Of a stretch of 47,607 bases of DNA, positions 40,378 through 47,607 are shown piece by piece (the stretch's first letter is position 1; each line of letters starts with the position of its first letter). The translations under genes and the position numbers were made by a program. The notes under the pieces are model-generated. The model ran no database searches, was not told where the DNA came from, and saw only the letters and a program-made list of their open reading frames with translations. The DNA is taken from NCBI GenBank assembly GCA_000320545.1, contig ADNK01001330.1, forward strand, positions 1-47,607. Reading direction: 5' to 3'. The DNA comes from Bigelowiella natans CCMP2755. Taxonomy: Eukaryota > Protista > Cercozoa.

Positions 40378-40848
40378 CTACGATAGGGTGTGGGACGATT
40401 CGCAGACACCGATGTTTTCTGTGAACCATTGATTATTTGATGTCGCAAATCCAAAATGTAGATCATTCTCCACAGATCTAGCTGGCCAACCCAAACGCCT
40501 TCGCGCATTTCTTTCTCGGGTGCCAGGGTATGAGGAGAACGCTCCAATTAAAAAAAAATCTGAACCCGTTTCCTGTCGTCGAGCCAAATTGTCTGTGTAC
40601 ATCCGGAAGTCAATCCAATCATCTGCTGTGCTCTGAATCATCTGTGTTGTTCCATGCGACAAGTCCATCACTTTGTTTGTGGTCTCAAATGCAGAGGGCT
40701 TGAGATCGACATTCGGAAGAGGAGGTTTCTCCTGGCGTGAGAATCTTCTCTGCAGTTCTTCTGAGCTCTCATGGCCGGCAAATGTGAAACAAACCCTCGT
40801 GATTTCTTTGGCTGCAGTTGGTTGGAGATGATGTGGGTGAGTTGTCAT
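40378..40848 (-). pseudogene. Probable gene or element relic overlapping a TpA-depleted tract
   Basis: 156-codon protein-like ORF. It has no Tyr in the TpA-depleted part, and the first Tyr falls at the tract boundary (~40598). No recognisable family or clean gene context. Confidence 0.3.
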
Positions 40849-41800
40849 GTCCCGTTGTCCTTTGGAGTCAAGCTTTCAAAACGCTTCAGTCAGTGTTTCA
40901 CTCCAGCACTCACTGCACCCTTGCGCAAACAATTTTCTGCAGCATTTGCTTTGATTTTGTTTGCTCTCACTCTGAGTCTCCAATTTTTGCACCCGCCCCG
41001 CAAAAAATCTCTGCTAGAACAATCCCTGGTCATGTGCACGTGTGTTCACACGTGCGTGTGCGTGTTTGTGCATGCGCATCACGTCATGCATGGATGCCAT
41101 CCAGCAGGCATGCTGGTGTGCATCACAAAGTGAACTGACCATCACAGCGCGGACTGTCTGCTAGCTGTGACCATCTAGCCATGCACGTGCGCACAGAGCA
41201 CGTGACATGCACTAGCTAGCTACCTGTCTGTTGGGCAACACGTGCCTGGACAATGGAGCTCACTGGCTCGACGCGTGCACGCACCGCCGCACGTTCACAT
41301 GCAGACTAGCGAAATTGCATTTGTTTGTTGTTGCTCACAGCTTGAGCATGCATTCATTTGATTTTGTCATGTTCAACTGTGGATGCAGTGCGGATGAGAT
41401 GGTCCCATTTGCGGGATCCTCTCTTTGTTTCTTGTGGTTGCATTGCGCAGCGCTAGCAACACAACTGTGCAAACGTGAGCTTCAACAATGCTGAAGTCCA
41501 CAAAACTGAAACCCTGTTGAACACATGACATGAGCTGATCATGCATGTGCAAACTGCCAAAGGAGAAAGCTTGCCGCTTGCTTGCGGGTCGTTCAGAGCA
41601 TGCCAAACTGGCCAATTGCGCGCCAATGCACGTCGTGCGCTGGGCGCACAGCATCCCCATCAGCAGCATGCCACGCATCACAGCACGTTTCCTGAAATGT
41701 CAGGAAAAATCCCCGCCATTTTCCCCCACAATTTTGTGGCACGCAGGCTGTTTCCATGTCGCAAGCAAAATGCCGAGGGTGCTTCTAGCTGCTGTGACAT
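40600..41800. other. TpA-depleted tract 3
   Basis: Hand count of 9 TpA in 1.2 kb (8 CTAG, 1 CTAC); none at all in 40600-41013. Confidence 0.88.
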
Positions 41801-42164
41801 TGTTAGTCAAATCGTTTCCCGTGTGTGGAAGCCAAAGGTTGTTGCGCGTAAGGTGTTCACAGGCCGAGGCGCTACGTGCACAAGTAGGCAGGGGGGGGGA
41901 AAGGCACGTTTGCTTCCTTTTGAAGAGTTGTGTTTATTTTTATTAAAGATTATATTTTTATTAAATCGTGCACTGCGTAATCATTCGCGAAGCTTTCGCG
42001 AATGCCGCCGCACGTGGGGCAGCACACTTCCGGTGTGCTGCCATGAGTCCCGCCGGAACCCACGTGCCTATGCTGTATTAATATCTACGTTATCTATATT
42101 CTATATCCGCGACAACCCCTTTGTTGTCGCACGTGACTTGTGCCCGCGTAGTGGTACGCGCTAC

Positions 42165-42530
42165 ATGCACATGCCCCCTCCCATGACCATGTTTCTGGGC
42201 ATGCAACGTGAGTTGCATGCCCGCATGTGACCAGCTGAGCTGCAGCAACGATGGCCTGAACCTGCACAAGCATGCTTGCATGAAAGTGCAAGATGCAACA
42301 AAGCACAACGTGCACTGCCATTTGTGTGCTTGTGCATGCGCGCATGCGCACTTGCATGCACTTGGTGGTCGCAGACTGACCACATTTCTTCCCACAGGCT
42401 ACATGTTCACTCATTGTCGCACACATGCAGAACAGGAATCAGCAAGGATGCCGTCGAACTCGATGGCATGGCCATGCTATCCCATTGCTATGCACAAACT
42501 CGTCACAGATGCTGGTGCAATTTGTTTGAT
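42165..42530. other. TpA-depleted tract 4
   Basis: 3 TpA in about 365 bp, all preceded by C (CTAC, CTAT, CTAT). Confidence 0.7.
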
Positions 42531-42578
42531 GATATGATGTAATTTGATCCTCGCTCATATTTGTCGTGCTAATGCTTT

Positions 42579-43331
42579 CTACTTGTCCTCTTTCGAAGGG
42601 GCACTGGTGTAACTTAAGATAACACTGAAATTTGATACAAAAAGCTCATGTCCCCCTCCCCCACCGACGTACCTGTGGACCTCAATTCGGTGGCCTTTCT
42701 TGGCTTTTTGTAATAGTAGGCAGTTTTCGACCGTAAACGTCTCCTCTCGTGAGGTTTCGTGGTGTTCGGCAATTCCGAACAAGTTCAAGCTCTCTATAAT
42801 CTTGCCATCGGTATCATCGATGAGCTTCAGGGCCAGGGAACCCTTCCTGTTCCCCCAACCCTGATCTTTCCAAGTCACCTTGGCTTTGATGTACTGGGGA
42901 GAGCCTTTCAGTGCTTCTGGTGCATCCATCCACTTTACCTGGGGGTCCCTGTACTGTCCACGCCAGTGTTTTTTTTCCGCACACTCAATCTGCAAAGGTT
43001 TTTTTAGGATCAGCATCCGGAACTCTGAGTCTTCCTCAACTTTTAGTGCCATCAGGGTTTGACTTTGGGACTTGAGGGGCTGATTGCCCTTGAACAGTAT
43101 GATGCAGTCGGGTGTCAGGTCGAGCCCCATCGTTTCGACGATCTTCGTGTATGTTCATTGGTCAAACTAATATTATCTCGTTCATAAGAGAATGATGATA
43201 CGCACCTTTTGCTTGAAAGATTGTATTGTATCCTTAGGATCAACCTCAATGGGGGAGGTCTTCCCTTCTAGAGTCTTCACGAAAACTCGCAACGTTTTCG
43301 CGCTTTCTTTCATACCTTTATCGTCCGCCAT
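42579..43331 (-). CDS. Ubiquitin-like domain fused to an uncharacterised 'DQGWGNRKG...GGGGGH' domain (exons 43331-43206, 43142-42579)
   Basis: LRVFVKTLEGKTSPIEVDPKDTIQSFKQK|IVET is a ubiquitin-type N-terminus. C-terminal WKDQGWGNRKG...FGIAEH...YVGGGGGHELFV. Phase-0 GT-AG intron. Confidence 0.85.
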
Positions 43332-43602
43332 AGGAAGTTTCCTACCGCTTGAGATAACTCAGGACAATTCGAGCTAATGCACAGCATTTTTATCCTGCGA
43401 CAAATCAACTTTGAGCCTTATTATGTTAGGTTAGGTTGTAAGTTCGTACTTATCTACTAGCGCAGATAGGATAGTTGTCGCAGCTCCAGAATGGCAACAA
43501 AACCCACGCAGTGGCTGCGGAAAACTGTATCTGCTGGCCGTGCTCACATCCATTCCGATGAATCCCTCTCCTCCCCCCCCAGGACAACACACGACGCTGA
43601 CG

Positions 43603-43953
43603 ATGGAAGCGAAGGACAAAGAACGCGAGGAACTACGACCAGAAACGGGGCCGAGGTACATTCCTGTAAAGGTTCCAGGACCCTCTCGGAAGGACATTCA
43701 CGCTGGGTTTATTGCAGTGCTGCTTTTGCCTTTAGGCGTTCTCGTGTGTTGAACCTGATACCCATGCTGACATTGGTACTGTGTCAGCTCTGCTGTTGTT
43801 GTTGCTTCAAAAGGCCGAATGCCAGGACGGCACGCTATTGCTGTCTGAACACGCTCCTTTTCGTCGAATTAGCACCTATGCTAATGCTTGCTTTCCTCTG
43901 GGTTGGATTCATCAAACTGGTGAATTTTTACCTCACTTTCTGCTGCTGCAATT

Positions 43954-43996
<43 letters not shown>

Positions 43997-44789
43997 CTCA
44001 AGCAGAGTAACGCTGAAAAAATACAGTGGGAGGGCTGGGGAGCATGGATCTGTTAATGCAAGCATTGATGACGTTTCAAGGAGGCATGGCTGGCTTTGGG
44101 AGTTCCGAGATATCGTATCGTGCGTCATTGGTGCGATGGATAGACAAGGATTCTTCGAATATTTAAGCGCCATACCGTTTGTTATCGAATTCGTTCCAAT
44201 TTATAAATTTGTAATTCTCGTGAACCCAAGAATATATCGCTACCAGGAAGTGTTCATAAACCAATGGTCAGCACCCATCGACGTAAATACCGACTCGAAG
44301 ATTTTGAGTGACAATATTAAGCTAACACGACAAAATATGATCAGCGTCATCTGTGACTCTCTACTGGAAACAAAGAGTCGTAATCTTGTAGACTCGTGGC
44401 CATTTGCTGGTCATCATCCCTACCCACCTGCAAAGAGAGAAAGCGTCACAGCAGCGGGAATGCAATTCAGCGACTTGGGAGGGTTCTGCTGCTGCAGATC
44501 TGTTTTGATTTCCCACACCATACATGGACACATGATCAAATATTTCAAGCCCAGAAGTGATACTGCGGCATATGGAATAATCTCTGTGTATCTGCAAGCA
44601 TGGAACTCCTGGTACCACCTCGCTGGGTATGTTGAGGTTAATGTAGCGAAAGACAGAGGAATTGAGCATCCAATGTGGATTTTAGGAGATGTGGAATCAT
44701 ACTTCCATATGTCTGAACTTATGGCAATCAACAAACTCTTTGAAAAACTTGGGGAACACTTTGCAGATTTTACGAAGGCAACATGTTAG
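43603..44789 (+). CDS. Uncharacterised membrane protein (intronless); apparent 1-nt frameshift near 43749 and an in-frame (CA)n tract
   Basis: The 432-aa ORF has hydrophobic, Cys-rich segments and a globular C-terminus. The best N-terminus (MEAKDKER...GFIAVLLLPLGVLVC) is in another frame and joins at GTGTGTTGAAC. Confidence 0.55.
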
Positions 44790-45432
44790 CTGTGTGATAA
44801 CACCATTCAGCAAAAATAGTAATGTCTAGGAGTGCTACAGCTAGCAGCAGAGATTCGGCCGCAAAACAGTTTTAATTATAAATTTCCATATATTCCTTGA
44901 TCTTGTAATACTTCGACGAATTGTGCGTGTGTAGTTGTGTAGCACAGCACGTACGTACATGCTGTGTAGTTAGCCAGCCCATAGAAGGCCATCTAGCCAT
45001 GCCACTGGCGGCATGCCATGTCGATCTTTGATGCAAATGTCCAGACATGTACGTGCAGCCGTCACCGTACATGGACCAATGAGCACATGTTGGAATGGCT
45101 ACGTAGACACGTGCAGATCAATAATGACACAGCATGCATTTGCTGCTAGGCTGCTCCGACGACATGCATGACGAGTGTTTTCCTAACTCATAGCAGTCCG
45201 CTGTTATTTGGGTAATAGCACATTTTTTCTATCTACTTAGCTTCGCGCAACCATGCTAGCATGCTACATGTGTACCAGATATTGTGCCACACGGTGTAGA
45301 TTTATATTATTGGTTGCGTAATACGTTCACGGACACAGAGGAATGCTTCTCTTAAAGCCGTAAATATATCCTTTTTTTTTTAAATCGCCGAGGCATATGA
45401 TGATAATGATGATCATCGTATCATTTATCTAC

Positions 45433-45676
45433 TTATGCTGCTTGCTGCGGACCTGCACTACCCCCTGCCCCACCATGAACTCCGTCGAGAGCTTTCTCCA
45501 AGGCCTCTCTATCTGGAGCGGGGATGGCATTCCAAATCATCTGTCCGTTCCCAGAAGCCTGTGCGTGCTGAAGTATCTCTCTACACATTACGAGCACGGC
45601 GTCCCTAGCTGGGTCCTCCAAACTTTCCGACTGATATGCATGCATGCGTGTGTGTGTGTGGTGAGTAAGGGCGAGA

Positions 45677-45741
<65 letters not shown>

Positions 45742-46449
45742 GCGTGTTTGTATGAATGTTCCTATTCTCTCGTTGGAGGTGCTTTTCTGTTGTGAAATCT
45801 GCTATGTGTGTACCATCCAATCAGTCGCAAGTATGTGCCCTACGGCTCCGAGCACTTGAGCCAAGACCTGGTTTGGGATGTGCCGTTGCGTGAGTTGAGT
45901 TGTGGAGGGGGTTGGAGGGGGAAAAAGGAAGGGAGAGAGAGAGAGGGGGGGGGGGGGGGAAGGAAGATGCTGGGAGATGCTGCAGTTGTATTTGTAACCT
46001 GGGGCGTAATGAAAGCTTCATGCCGCCTCTTCCAAAGGTAAACGAAGAAGTCAGTTAATGTGCCTGGGAGGAAGGAGAAGATGGTGGAGGAGGAGCATAT
46101 ACCGAGCTTTAGCAAAGGATATCATATTGCTCGATCAACATGAGCTGAACTTGGATTTATAGCATTTGTTGTGTGTGTGGAAAAAGACCAACAACAGGGG
46201 ATGATGATAATGATAATGATAATAATAATGATGAGGAGGAGGAGGAGGAGAGGAGGAGGAGAGGAGGAGGAGAGGAGGAGCAAGATGAGAATGGTGATTA
46301 CCAATTTCACTGTTGTCGTGTTTAAGAGGCAATGCCGCAAGCATAGCGGGAAGAACCTCGTCGATGGCCACCTGTATGAAAGGGAGAGTAAGATTGACAA
46401 CATATAATTTGCACGTAACGTACGAGCACAAATCCATTTGTGTGCGCAA

Positions 46450-46501
<52 letters not shown>

Positions 46502-47260
46502 GAGGTTGTTTTTTTTGTTTTTTTTTGCTATATATGCTATTGCTTTATTGTTGTAGTTCTGTTGTTGTGTGGAGGGGGGTTTGTATTATCGATCAGCTCA
46601 GGACAGACATTGTCGGGGTTCGATCGTATCATCCGTGCCAGAGTAAATACGGCATTATCTTGCACCTACATCCCAACGAGCGACGCAGCGCAACACCAAC
46701 ACAACACAAACATAACAACAACATCGCGTAAATGCGCTTAATTGCGCGCAGAGGCGGGTGTCGTGTGCACAACAACAACAACAACTACTACTATACTACT
46801 ACTGCTACCACTACTCCTCCTCCTCCCTTTACTACTACTACTGCTCTCCTGCTGCTACCATTTCGGAGTCCCTCCCTGCCTCCTTTCTTCGGAGAGAGGG
46901 GAGGAATAAACTGAGAAACTTGGGGTAGTCCGCGCGAAGGTCTCTCGGCGCCACGCTGCACAACACCCCTGGCAGGTGGGTTGTAGTGACAGAGGAAGGC
47001 CACAAGATAGGGAGGGATGGGTGCAGCAGCAGGCAAGGACAGAGTTGTGATTAGTTTCTTCCAATGTATAGGTACCAAGAACAGAATTGTGATATGGGTT
47101 TCTTCCAATATATAGGTAGCAGCAATAGTATTAGTATTAGCAATAGTAATAGCAGGATTGGTAGTGGTGATAGTAGTAGTAGTAGAGTAGCAGCAGCAGC
47201 AGCAGACCTATACACCATATTGAGCTCCACTCTAATCGCCGCTCTCCACTGCCAATCATC
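45433..47260 (-). CDS. IPO4: Importin-4 (Kap123)-like karyopherin, 3' portion; the gene continues toward or beyond the window end
   Basis: Spliced SSIWCIG|VLCSVAPRDLRADYPKFLSLFLPSL...|VQDNAVFTLARMIRSNPDN|VAIDEVLPAMLAALPLKHDNSE matches the importin-4/5 C-terminal HEAT motifs (DNA..A.ARM, LPLKED.EE). Confidence 0.72.
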
Positions 47261-47607
47261 TAGCGAAACACAACAACAACAACAACAACAACAACATGAT
47301 GCAAGGAAGACGGTGTGCATTGAGCATTTCCATACTGCTACTCTCCCTCTTCTTCTTCTATTCTACACCATCCTCGCAATTAGTTTTGTGCACGCAGGCG
47401 AACAAAGGTGCTCGTGCAGACAGGAGGAGGGGGGGGGGGGGGGGGGGGGGCGCCCCAAGAGAAGAAGAAGAAGGGGGAGAATAAATATTTTTTCCAAAGG
47501 AAAAAAGGGGGGGGGGGGGGAAAAAAAACCCGGACCCCTTTTTTGGGCCCCCCTTTTTTTTTTAGCCCGGGAAAAAAAAAAAAAAAGGGGAAGGGGGAGG
47601 GGGAGGG

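Noticed and set aside
40600-42530. CpG methylation decay or classical RIP as the cause of TG/CA richness
   Set aside because: CpG remains plentiful (CACGTG, GCGCGC), and TpA is lost rather than gained.
41231-42542. Many overlapping His/Cys/Met-rich ORFs on both strands
   Set aside because: Explained by loss of TAA/TAG stops in TpA-depleted DNA; no protein-like signal.
46122-46124. In-frame TGA in an importin exon (possible recoding or selenocysteine)
   Set aside because: It lies near a low-quality contig end, and other genes here use TGA as a stop. An assembly error or an imperfect exon model is more likely.
47420-47607. Homopolymer-rich tail
   Set aside because: Looks like degraded read-end sequence rather than biology.

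Overview
Gene-dense, intron-rich eukaryotic nuclear DNA. Introns are GT-AG and full of microsatellites. The zeaxanthin epoxidase has a signal peptide plus transit-peptide-like leader, which suggests an alga with a complex plastid, possibly a chlorarachniophyte (inference). I reconstructed about 13 spliced genes by hand: a bZIP+PB1 factor, a K+-dependent H+-pyrophosphatase, a C1orf52-like protein, zeaxanthin epoxidase, a REJ/GPS/7TM adhesion-GPCR-like receptor, SKI3/TTC37, a putatively myristoylated orphan, an IMP1-type peptidase, an ankyrin protein, a mybX-type Myb protein, a ubiquitin-like fusion, a membrane protein with a frameshift, and the 3' part of importin-4. The most unusual signal is non-genic. 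Several sharply bounded tracts (about 14.3-15.4 kb, 19.4-19.6 kb, 40.6-41.8 kb and 42.2-42.5 kb) have lost almost all TpA and gained TpG/CpA, while CpG is retained. The surviving TpA sites lie almost only in CTAG or its half-sites (CTA, TAG). This is the footprint expected from a regional, context-specific A-to-G hypermutator acting on both strands, i.e. a candidate RIP-like system working on adenine. All counts are by hand and need computational confirmation. No RNA genes, CRISPR arrays or intact transposons were recognised.
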